Below are positions 19,936 to 28,396 of a DNA stretch of 64,000 nt, piece after piece. Positions within the stretch are counted from its first letter, which is position 1, and each line of letters opens with the position of its first letter. The position numbers and the translations under genes are program-made. The stretch lies in assembly GCA_965248265.1 (NCBI GenBank), contig CBDFJF010000001.1:512001-576000 (forward strand), given 5' to 3'. This DNA comes from Candidatus Latescibacterota bacterium (GTDB taxonomy: Bacteria > Latescibacterota > UBA2968 > UBA8231). Under the pieces are notes generated by a model. It worked only from the letters and a program-made list of their open reading frames with translations. It was not told where the DNA came from and made no database searches.

Positions 19936-21774
19936 TTGAGAAAAGGCATCGCCGTACTCGACTTCGGCGGGCAATACGCCCACCTCATCGCCAACCGCAT
20001 AAGACGCCTCCATGTGTACGCCCGGACGCTGCCTCCGGATGCTCCTGCGAGTGATTTCGCGGAGGCGGATGGCATCATTCTGTCCGGGGGGCCCGCCAGC
20101 GTTTACGATGAGGACAGCCCTCCGTTCAATAACGCCGCCCTGGCGTCGGGGAAGCCGATTCTGGGTCTGTGCTACGGACATCAGTTGTTGTGCCACTCCC
20201 TGGGGGGCACGGTCGAGCTGGGCGAGACGATGGAGTATGGAGCGGCTCATCTCGATGTCGAGTCGCCCACAGGGATACTGCAGGGGTTGGGCCGCAAAGA
20301 GCGAATCTGGATGAGTCACCGCGACACCGTCACCGGATTGCCGCCGGGGTTTCGCGCTCTGGGATCAACGGATGACTGTCCGATCGCGGTGATGGCGGAC
20401 GACGAGCGCCAGATCTTCGGCATGCAGTTCCATCCCGAGGTGACGCACACCGAGTCTGGCATGAAGATTCTGGAGAATTTTGTCGACTTATGCGGCAGCG
20501 AGCGGGACTGGACCATGGAGAATTTCATCCGCGACTCGATGAAGCAGCTGGAGGAGAAGATCGGAGACCGCAAGGTCTTCCTGCTCGTCAGCGGCGGTGT
20601 CGACTCCACTGTCTGTTTCTTACTGCTCAACAAGGCTCTGGGCACGGAGCGGGTACAGGGGTTGCATATCGACAACGGATTCATGCGCCTGGGGGAGACG
20701 GCCCTGGTGGAGCGCCTGTTGCGAGATTCGGGCTTCACCAATCTGGAGGTCGTCGATGCCAGTGCCGATTTCCTGGCGGCCGTGGAAGGCATCGCCGATC
20801 CAGAAGAGAAGCGCCTGAGAATCGGCACCGAGTTCATCGAAGTGCGCGACCGTGTTCTGGACCAGCTGGGAATGGATCCGCAAGAGTGGCTACTGGGACA
20901 GGGGACCCTCTACACTGATACGATCGAATCGGGTGGCACTGACCATGCGGAAGTTATCAAGACGCATCACAATCGGGTTGGAGTGATCGAGCAGCTGCTG
21001 GCAGAGGGCAAGGTCGTTGAGCCGCTGGATCAACTCTACAAAGACGAGGTACGCGAACTCGGCGAAGCCCTGGGATTGCCCCATCACCTGGTGTGGCGTC
21101 ATCCATTCCCCGGGCCGGGATTGGCCGTGCGTGCCCTGTGCGTCAATGGCGAGGCGAAGGATCAGGCGCCGGCCCAGGCCGAGACGGCAGCGGAGGAAAT
21201 CGCTGGGCGGTTCGACCTGGATGCGTACATCCTGCCGTTGCGAAGTGTGGGTGTGCAGGGAGATGGACGTACCTACGCGCACCCTGCGGTACTGACGGGC
21301 AAGAGCACGGATGGTGGCGCCTTGATACCGCAGCAAGGTGGCGTCGAGTGGTCGTCGTTAGAAAAACTGTCCACGGAATTGACCAACGCCGTGTCCCAGA
21401 TCAATCGTGTGATTCTGCAGCTGGGACCTGAACGCCGTCTACGGCAGCGTCTCAAGACTGCGTACCTGACTCGTCAGCGTCTGGATCTGCTGCGCCAGGC
21501 CGACGATCTGGTGATGACGGCTCTGCAGAACCACAATTTGATGGAGCAGGTGACGCAGATGCCGACCGTGCTGCTGCCGCTGTCGTCCGATGGCATTGAG
21601 GAAAGCGTCGTGCTGCGACCGATCACGACCGATGACTTCATGACGGCGCGGTTCGACCAACTGCCCGTGTCTTTTCTCGAAGAAGTAACCGCGGGGTTGC
21701 TCGCACTCAACGGCATCGAGGCAGTGTACTACGACGTCACCAACAAACCCCCCGGTACCGTGGAGTGGGAGTAG
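19936..21774 (+). CDS. guaA: GMP synthase (glutamine-hydrolysing)
   Basis: LDFGGQY, GLCYGHQ, QFHPEV, SGGVDS, IKTHHN, KPPGTVEWE. Confidence 0.97.
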   Translation: MRKGIAVLDFGGQYAHLIANRIRRLHVYARTLPPDAPASDFAEADGIILSGGPASVYDEDSPPFNNAALASGKPILGLCYGHQLLCHSLGGTVELGETMEYGAAHLDVESPTGILQGLGRKERIWMSHRDTVTGLPPGFRALGSTDDCPIAVMADDERQIFGMQFHPEVTHTESGMKILENFVDLCGSERDWTMENFIRDSMKQLEEKIGDRKVFLLVSGGVDSTVCFLLLNKALGTERVQGLHIDNGFMRLGETALVERLLRDSGFTNLEVVDASADFLAAVEGIADPEEKRLRIGTEFIEVRDRVLDQLGMDPQEWLLGQGTLYTDTIESGGTDHAEVIKTHHNRVGVIEQLLAEGKVVEPLDQLYKDEVRELGEALGLPHHLVWRHPFPGPGLAVRALCVNGEAKDQAPAQAETAAEEIAGRFDLDAYILPLRSVGVQGDGRTYAHPAVLTGKSTDGGALIPQQGGVEWSSLEKLSTELTNAVSQINRVILQLGPERRLRQRLKTAYLTRQRLDLLRQADDLVMTALQNHNLMEQVTQMPTVLLPLSSDGIEESVVLRPITTDDFMTARFDQLPVSFLEEVTAGLLALNGIEAVYYDVTNKPPGTVEWE

Positions 21775-21785
21775 AGCGGTAGCTG

Positions 21786-23036
21786 TTACTTCACCAGGAA
21801 GTACTTGCTCTTGCCCCGGCGGATGACCAGGTACTTGCCGTGTAACCCATCTTTCGTGCGCATGGTTCGCTCCATTTCCTGACAGCGATCCCCATTGATG
21901 TAGATGGCGCCGCTGTCGATGTCCTGGCGTGCCTGCCTTTTCGAGGAGGAGATACCGGCGTTGACGAGCAGGTCGACGAGTCCGACTTGGGGCTCGTCCA
22001 GGTTGTAGGTGGGCACGTCATTGAAGCCCAACTCAAGCTCGTCCTCTTCCAGTTCCACCAGATTCCCGTAGAACAGAGCTTGCGAGATTTTTTCTGCCTT
22101 GCGGGTGCTCTCCTCACCGTGCACGAGAATCGTCAACTCGATGGCCAGGGCGCGCTGGGCCTCGCGCTTGCCCGGATCCTGCTGTACAGATTCCTCCAGT
22201 CCACGGATGGCCTCCTGATCGAGGAAGGTGAAGACCTTGAGCAGGGAGAGGACGCTGGCGTCATCGGTGTTGAGCCAATACTGGTAGAACTCGTACGGAG
22301 ATGTCTTGTCGGCATCCAGCCATACGGTACCGGCTTCGGTTTTGCCGAGTTTGGCACCATCTGCTGTAGTTATCAGCGGATAGGTCAGGCCATAGGTCTT
22401 GGCCCCCTTTACCCGCCTGATCAGATCGGAACCGGCCGTGATGTTGCCCCATTGGTCACTGCCACCGATCTGCAGCTCACATCCTTTGAGCTCGTGTAAC
22501 TTGAGGAAGTCGTAAGACTGTAGAATCATGTAGCTGAACTCGGTGTAGGAGATACCGGTCTCCAGGCGCGAAGAAACCGAGTCCTTGGCCAGCATGTAAG
22601 GGATCGGAAAGTGCTTGCCCACGTCCCTGAACAGGTCGATGGCGGGCATGTCGCCGAGCCAGTCGAAGTTGTTGACGAGTTGGGCCTTGTTAGCACCATC
22701 AAAGTCCAAAAATGGCTCGAGCTGCTTTCTGATCTTGACGGCCCACTCTTCGACCGTATCCCTGGTGTTGAGACTGCGCTCCTCTTTCTTGCCGCCCGGG
22801 TCGCCGATCAGACCGGTGGCTCCACCGACCAGGGCGATGGGCACGTGGCCAGCCTGCTGGAAACGCCGCAGGACAAGGATGGCAGCCAGGTTGCCGATGG
22901 TGAGGCTGTCGGCGGTAGGGTCGAAACCGGCGTAGAGGGTGATCGGCTGCGACTTGGCCAGCCTTTCGGCCAAACCATCCTGATCGGTTACCTGGTACAC
23001 CAGTCCTCTGAAGTATAGATCTTGTAGCAGGGTCAT
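21786..23036 (-). CDS. tyrS: Tyrosyl-tRNA synthetase
   Basis: YAGFDPTADSL, TIGN (HIGH variant), QIGGSDQWGNI, KLGKT, C-terminal S4 domain. Confidence 0.97.
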   Translation of the reverse strand: MTLLQDLYFRGLVYQVTDQDGLAERLAKSQPITLYAGFDPTADSLTIGNLAAILVLRRFQQAGHVPIALVGGATGLIGDPGGKKEERSLNTRDTVEEWAVKIRKQLEPFLDFDGANKAQLVNNFDWLGDMPAIDLFRDVGKHFPIPYMLAKDSVSSRLETGISYTEFSYMILQSYDFLKLHELKGCELQIGGSDQWGNITAGSDLIRRVKGAKTYGLTYPLITTADGAKLGKTEAGTVWLDADKTSPYEFYQYWLNTDDASVLSLLKVFTFLDQEAIRGLEESVQQDPGKREAQRALAIELTILVHGEESTRKAEKISQALFYGNLVELEEDELELGFNDVPTYNLDEPQVGLVDLLVNAGISSSKRQARQDIDSGAIYINGDRCQEMERTMRTKDGLHGKYLVIRRGKSKYFLVK

Positions 23037-23068
23037 GGCAGTACTCTCATGAGTGTGTGTTTCACCCA

Positions 23069-23099
23069 ACAAAAAACCCCCGACCAGCAGGCCAGGGGT
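23069..23099 (-). terminator. Attenuator terminator upstream of tyrS
   Basis: Minus strand ACCCCTGGCC-TGCT-GGTCGGGGGT followed by TTTTTGT. Confidence 0.85.
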
Positions 23100-23132
23100 G
23101 TATTCGATTGGATCGACGTGCAAGCGTGACGA

Positions 23133-23195
23133 CTAATCGAAAGCCCCCGGTGAACGGTAGTATCGATAATAAGCGCGGAGCCTGTGCGTCGTCAT
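23133..23195 (-). CDS. Tyr-rich leader peptide MTTHRLRAYYRYYRSPGAFD
   Basis: 20 codons including TAT TAT CGA TAC TAC; lies between promoter and terminator and overlaps the antiterminator strand. Confidence 0.85.
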   Translation of the reverse strand: MTTHRLRAYYRYYRSPGAFD

Positions 23196-23241
23196 TGTTT
23201 TCGCCGTAATCGGTTTGTCGTAATCGTTTCAGGACAACGGC

Positions 23242-23270
23242 AATATACCCAGGTCGCAGATGTGGGTCAA
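23242..23270 (-). promoter_or_regulatory. Sigma70-type promoter for leader and tyrS
   Basis: TTGACC-N17-TATATT on the minus strand. Confidence 0.75.
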
Positions 23271-23293
23271 TGTGTCGGGTGGGGTGCCGATAA
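23267..23293 (+). promoter_or_regulatory. Sigma28 (FliA)-like promoter
   Basis: TCAA-N15-GCCGATAA. Confidence 0.6.
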
Positions 23294-23345
23294 TAGGTAC
23301 AGGTCCGAAAGCGCTACCCCCATCGTCGCCAGAGGTGACCGGAAC

Positions 23346-23549
23346 GTGCCAGAAGACGCAATCACAGCCACAGGCATCTACCCCAACATGACCGCGTGTC
23401 ACGAGGCCTGGTTTGTCGACGATGTCAACCAGTTCAAGATGCTGGTCGCGACATGCCGCATGGATGTGTCACGACAGGAGTACGACTGGTGGGTCCATCA
23501 GATCGCCGAGAGCCTGATGGCTGATTGGGCCGACTCCGTGGCCGTCTGA
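23346..23549 (+). CDS. Small hypothetical protein (67 aa)
   Basis: GTG start with GAGGTG RBS 8 nt upstream, downstream of the sigma28-like promoter. Confidence 0.55.
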   Translation: MPEDAITATGIYPNMTACHEAWFVDDVNQFKMLVATCRMDVSRQEYDWWVHQIAESLMADWADSVAV

Positions 23550-23699
23550 ACCCCGCAACAGTTCCGATCTGGCGATCCTAGCGGATCGGCGCCAGGTCCT
23601 TTACCGTTTTGACACTGCCCGTCTACCCAAGCTCCGTATCCACAGCTTCCACCGAGGCGATCTGATGGCTCGATGTCCCCCGGCAGACAGCCCGGTCGC

Positions 23700-23808
23700 C
23701 GAAGAGCAGAGGTGGAGCGACCTGGACCTCGTCGTGGCCGGCCAGACGGTCCTGCACGATGGGGAGCATCCTTCCCTTCTGATCCTGCCGGTGATTTCGG
23801 GAGCATAG
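23700..23808 (+). pseudogene. C-terminal remnant of a CocE/NonD-family hydrolase
   Basis: VVAGQTVLHDGEHPSLLILPVISGA* resembles that family's terminal motif; no catalytic domain upstream. Confidence 0.5.
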
Positions 23809-24021
23809 AGTACGGCCCGCACTTCGCCTGCCATCGACCACGGCATAAGTCGTCGCCTCATCCGGATTCGAGACCAGGCTGTTGCGCCCGTCGGCCGGGG
23901 CTCAGAGATTGCGCTTGCCCTGCACAATCTCCGAGACCACACTCTAGAGGCCAGTTCAGCGAATCCGAACCAGAATGCCTGCGGTCCCGGCTCCGGGCGC
24001 CCGACATGGATTGAGCCTGTC

Positions 24022-25413
24022 ATGCATCAGACACTGAAGAGATTGACGGACTACGTCGAAGAGGCGGTCACCACCGAAGCCGATTCGAGCGAGGAGAGGC
24101 TGCGCAAGAAGACCTTCACGCTGATCACCTTCCTCAAGTCGGTGTGCTGTGGTCCTTGGGCGTTGATGTACGCGATTCTCGGAATGAGCGCCGCCGCCCT
24201 TTTGCCACTGTCGTATGCAGCCATTCTGCTGGCTAGCATATTGATGTTTTTCATCACAAAGAATTTCGGCCTATTCGTCAACGTCCCGGCCTTTTTCATG
24301 CTGCTGACGCCGATTGCCCTGCAGTTTACCCTGGGCGGTTTCGCCGCCTCCGGGGCGGTCATGCTCTGGTCCATTCTGGCCCCCCTGTCGGTGCTGGTGT
24401 TCCGGGGCGTGCGTGAGGCCAAGCTGTGGTTCGCCGCGTTCGTCCTGATGGTGATCGTCGCCACTATCTTCGAGCAGCATCTGCCTTCAGTCGCAGATCG
24501 ACCCGGCTGGGTTATCAGCCTCTTCTTTGTCATGAATATCGGAGCCGTCACCGCCATAATCTTCGCCACCGTGCTGTATTTTGTCGGCCAGCTCAGAAGA
24601 GAGCAAAGGGTAGTCAAAGAGAAGAACGAGGCCCTGGAATCGACGCTGAGCCAGCTGAAGCAGACGCAGCACCAGCTGATTCTGACGGAGAAGATGGCGA
24701 CGCTGGGAAAACTGGCGGCGGGCGTCGCTCACGAGATCAACAATCCCGTCGGGGCCGTGCGCAGTGCCGCTGATGTATGCGGGCGATGCCTCGGCAAAGT
24801 CGCCGAGATGGTGGGCTCTCGTGAAACGGCTCAGGAAATCAGAGATGATCCACAATACCAGAAATCGCTTCAAATGATGCAGAGCAACAGCGACATCATC
24901 GCCACGGCGACCGAGCGCATCGCCACGATCGTCGACAACCTGAAGGACTTTTCGCGCCTCGATGAGGCGGAATTTCAGTCAGCCGACCTCCATTCTGGCA
25001 TCGACAGCGCGCTCACGCTCATGCAGCACGAGATTGGTGATGATGTTCAAATCGTCAAGGAATACGGCTCCATCCCGACGATACCCTGTTACTCCAATCA
25101 GCTCAATCAGGTGTTCATGAGCCTCCTCTCCAGAGCTGTGAATGTCATCGACGGCTCGGGTACCGTCACCATCAGTACCCACGCGGACGATGACCATGTC
25201 TGCGTCTCTTTCCGCGATACGGGCGAGGGTATTCCTCCCGGACAGATGGATAATCTCTTTGAGTTGAGCTTTGAGGCGGCGGACTCACGAGTGAGTCTGG
25301 ACACGAGCCTGCCCAGCGCCTACAACATCATCCGGGCCCACGACGGTGACTTGACCGTGGACAGTCGGGTGGACGGGGGGACGGAATTCAAGATATCTCT
25401 GCCGAAGCCGTGA
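24022..25413 (+). CDS. Membrane sensor histidine kinase with degenerate ATP-binding boxes
   Basis: About 6 TM helices, H-box AHEINNP, G1 DTGEGI, atypical N and G2 boxes. Confidence 0.88.
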   Translation: MHQTLKRLTDYVEEAVTTEADSSEERLRKKTFTLITFLKSVCCGPWALMYAILGMSAAALLPLSYAAILLASILMFFITKNFGLFVNVPAFFMLLTPIALQFTLGGFAASGAVMLWSILAPLSVLVFRGVREAKLWFAAFVLMVIVATIFEQHLPSVADRPGWVISLFFVMNIGAVTAIIFATVLYFVGQLRREQRVVKEKNEALESTLSQLKQTQHQLILTEKMATLGKLAAGVAHEINNPVGAVRSAADVCGRCLGKVAEMVGSRETAQEIRDDPQYQKSLQMMQSNSDIIATATERIATIVDNLKDFSRLDEAEFQSADLHSGIDSALTLMQHEIGDDVQIVKEYGSIPTIPCYSNQLNQVFMSLLSRAVNVIDGSGTVTISTHADDDHVCVSFRDTGEGIPPGQMDNLFELSFEAADSRVSLDTSLPSAYNIIRAHDGDLTVDSRVDGGTEFKISLPKP

Positions 25414-25516
25414 TTGGCTCTGGCCGATTTGGGATCCTTGCGGATCGGGGTCGGGTCCTTTACCATTCTAACACTGCCGCCAGAGTTCGAGACAACGCTG
25501 GCGGCTTTTCTCATTG

Positions 25517-25593
25517 GGGCGATTAGCTCAGTTGGTCAGAGCACCTGCCTTACAAGCAGGGGGTCGCTGGTTCGAGCCCGGCATCGCCCACCA
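25517..25593 (+). tRNA. tRNA-Val(TAC)
   Basis: Acceptor GGGCGAT/ATCGCCC, anticodon arm CCTGC-CT-TAC-AA-GCAGG, GGTTCGA T-loop, encoded CCA. Confidence 0.97.
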
Positions 25594-25599
25594 TTAATT

Positions 25600-25634
25600 G
25601 GCTCTTTGGATTCTCTGTCCAAAGGGCCTTTTTT
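25600..25634 (+). terminator. Intrinsic terminator after the tRNA
   Basis: GGCTCTTTGGA...TCCAAAGGGCC followed by TTTTTT. Confidence 0.8.
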
Positions 25635-25721
25635 ATTTAAAAACAGTATGTTATATTATCAATGAACGAGTGGAGAAAGGTCGTCACTGACCTGTCTCAT
25701 CCAACGTCATTGAGACCGGAA

Positions 25722-25765
25722 TTACCCCATTTTACCCCATTTTGATGGTTACAGTGATGGTTACA
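25722..25765. repeat. Paired short direct repeats (putative integrase arm sites)
   Basis: TTACCCCATT x2 (25722-25741) and TGATGGTTACA x2 (25743-25753, 25755-25765). Confidence 0.6.
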
Positions 25766-25770
25766 CGCCA

Positions 25771-26955
25771 ATGGCATCAATGAAGCTGTATCCTGCGCGC
25801 AACTGCTGGCGGGTGCGGTATACGGTCTATTTGGGTCACCAGAAGCATCATCGATCCCGTTACTGCAAGACGAAGGCGGCGGCAACATCGATGAGGACCC
25901 GGCTTGCGGACTTGGAAGGCGCCACTCGTGATCAGGTTGCAAGCAACGCCCAAATCAAGAAGTGGATCGATGATGGCGTTCTGACTCGTGGTGAGGCCGC
26001 CTCAGCGTTTCCTGGTTGGGCAGACACGGCGGCACGTGACCCCGACAGCTCCGGCACCGACTACAAAGTTATCCTCGATGCATACGAGAATTATGCACTC
26101 GTACACAGCAAGGCCAACGACCCGCACCGCAAGACCCACCTGAACAACATGGCGATGGCTCGCCAAGTCGTGGAACGGCTTCACTCGGACTATCCCGATC
26201 TACGTCAGTTACGGGTCAGGGACTGTGAGGCTTACCGTGCCGATTTACAGGACCACTACTCGTCGTGGAGTGTCCACCACTACCTGACCAAGCTGCGCAT
26301 TCTGTTAGATCAAGCCGTCGATATGGGCATGATCGCCACAAATCCAGCTCGACTGCTCAAAATGGGCAATCCGAAGACGGCCAAGGTCCGACGTATTCTG
26401 AGCAGCGATGAGGCGCGGATGGTGATGGATACGAGCCGGGAGTACCAGCAGTGGGTCTATGGTGGGCTACCCACTGCAGTCAGACTGGGCTTGTACGCTG
26501 GTCTCAGGCCCGAGGAAATGTGCTGGACGCAATGGTCATGGCTGGACATGAAACGTCGTACCCTGACTGTGCAGCAGGCGCAGGACGTGATGGGCCAGGT
26601 GTGGCGACCGAAAGATTACGAAGCACGTGTCCTGGACGTTAGTAAGGAACTACTCGATTGGCTGAAAGCTCAACATCAAGACGGCCGTTTTATCCTCCGT
26701 GGTAAGCATGAGGGCCGCCCGCTGCATCCATCATCCTTGACTCATGGATTCAGGAAGATGGCTGACGCTGCAGGATGGGACACAACAATCTCGTTGTATT
26801 GTGGTCGCCATACCTACTGCACTGAGTTGCTCAGAGCCGGGGTAGACCTGGCCACCGTTCAGCGACGGATGGGACACGAGTCGATCCGCACTACACAGAC
26901 GTATCTTCATGCCCTCGGGGCAGAAACTCCTGTGGCTGACAAGTTGCCGTACTGA
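25771..26955 (+). CDS. Tyrosine recombinase/integrase
   Basis: GLRPEE (R), YCGRHTY (HxxR variant), MGH, TQTY (catalytic Tyr). Confidence 0.93.
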   Translation: MASMKLYPARNCWRVRYTVYLGHQKHHRSRYCKTKAAATSMRTRLADLEGATRDQVASNAQIKKWIDDGVLTRGEAASAFPGWADTAARDPDSSGTDYKVILDAYENYALVHSKANDPHRKTHLNNMAMARQVVERLHSDYPDLRQLRVRDCEAYRADLQDHYSSWSVHHYLTKLRILLDQAVDMGMIATNPARLLKMGNPKTAKVRRILSSDEARMVMDTSREYQQWVYGGLPTAVRLGLYAGLRPEEMCWTQWSWLDMKRRTLTVQQAQDVMGQVWRPKDYEARVLDVSKELLDWLKAQHQDGRFILRGKHEGRPLHPSSLTHGFRKMADAAGWDTTISLYCGRHTYCTELLRAGVDLATVQRRMGHESIRTTQTYLHALGAETPVADKLPY

Positions 26956-27125
26956 GGCGCGGGCTTTTTTTCGGATGAGAGCGCTGATACACGTAAGTGT
27001 TTCCACAAGGAAACACTATCCCGAAGAGCTCTGTGGCTGTCCCTCTTGCTATGCCTCTGGCACAGTTTCTGCTGATGGTTGCTGCAGCAATCTGCTACAG
27101 CAAACGACAGCAAGGAGCGATCAGC

Positions 27126-27314
27126 ATGTTTCCGAATATGACCTTCTGCATAATGTCTACCGACCCGGACTTCGTCTCGGACTTCACACAGCTTCTTCAC
27201 AGTTGTAGCGCGGAAGTCTACATTGCTACTGACTTCGAGGAGTTTAGGCGACTACAAGAGGAGGGTGTCGCAGCCGAGATGCTCGTAGTCGACCCAATCT
27301 TCAAATGCTCCTGA
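27126..27314 (+). CDS. Small hypothetical protein resembling half a receiver domain
   Basis: AAGGAG upstream; alternating beta/alpha pattern ending MLVVD. Confidence 0.4.
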   Translation: MFPNMTFCIMSTDPDFVSDFTQLLHSCSAEVYIATDFEEFRRLQEEGVAAEMLVVDPIFKCS

Positions 27315-27380
27315 GGCTTGCCTCGCGGCGGAAAGCTCCAATACTGGGATAGCACCGCGACACGTGAAGGGGTTGAGGCA

Positions 27381-28392
27381 GTGAACCAAACCACAACAGT
27401 CCGAAAACTGCTGCTAACGGAGGTGCAAGACCTCTTGGACGAAGAGGGATTGCAATGCACCGATACCTCTCAGACAGTGACGGAACTCCTGGCACTGCTA
27501 GCCCACTACTCAGAAGAGCAACACAGGCTCTTCCCGAAAGTCATCATCTGTAATCGTGTTAGTGAGATTCGTGGGGTGCTTGGTGGTGTTGACGAGATTC
27601 CTATCGGTGAAGGCGATATCTCACCTGGAACGATGCGGCAGGCCCTGAAGTCTTGCGCGCCATTGGCCGGTCTTAATTGGCTCCTCTATTTGGAGCGCGG
27701 CTATGGCAAGATGAGATATGGACTTCTCAGATCGGGCCTTCTGCCCACTGCCATCGACCCTAAGGCAAGCCTCCACGAATCTGACGTAGATGCTCTCTTA
27801 ATTAGCCGAGTTGGTGCTGGTACTGTTGAGGCCGTTGGAGCCCACGGTAATCGCTATCGGGTCGTATTCTCAGCAGCGAAGGAGATTGCGGTATCCGCAA
27901 GCGATCATGTCGACACGCTCACAAGTGTGATGGTTAGAGGTTTAGCCGCTGAGGAGGCCGAGACGACCGCGTCGTTCTTTCGGTCCGTTCTGAATAGCGT
28001 CGTCGAAGTAGCTCATGGCACCCTAATCGCGGTATGCTGCCATAGCTACCGATGCCTTGGAAAAGACGCGATCTTCTTCGACCCTGAGATCAATTTCTCA
28101 GGATTCGCGGTCCGGGCTAGCACTCCAACATCTAACGGTGGGGATGTGGCCAGTGCAATGTCCTATGCTGAGCTTCTGCGAGGCATGCTATCGAGTGAGG
28201 CATTTGCGTATTCGATATCAAGGGCAATCTTTTGGGTTATGCTGCTTTGTGAAATCCGAACATGCCGAGCAGGAAGTCGGTGGGGCTAGACGGCGTGCAT
28301 ATAGAGTTCTCAAACGCCTAGTGGACTCAAAATGTTTGGCAGCTGTTTTTTACCAGTCGTCTGATGGTCCCACAGAACTCTACGGGGAGTAG
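27381..28392 (+). pseudogene. Divergent diadenylate-cyclase (DisA_N)-fold protein split by two 1-nt frameshifts (or assembly errors)
   Basis: Three frames join as HGTLIAV...MLSS[D]GICVFDIKGNLLGY..FVKS...GGARRRAY...FYQSSDG; shifts near 28198 and 28241-28248. Confidence 0.65.
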
Positions 28393-28396
28393 GAAA

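Noticed and set aside
23040-23240. T-box riboswitch upstream of tyrS
   Set aside because: No GGTGG.ACC T-box motif or stem I; the leader peptide explains the structure
26996-27017. parS site
   Set aside because: It resembles TGTTTCACGTGAAACA but is two bases longer with a different centre
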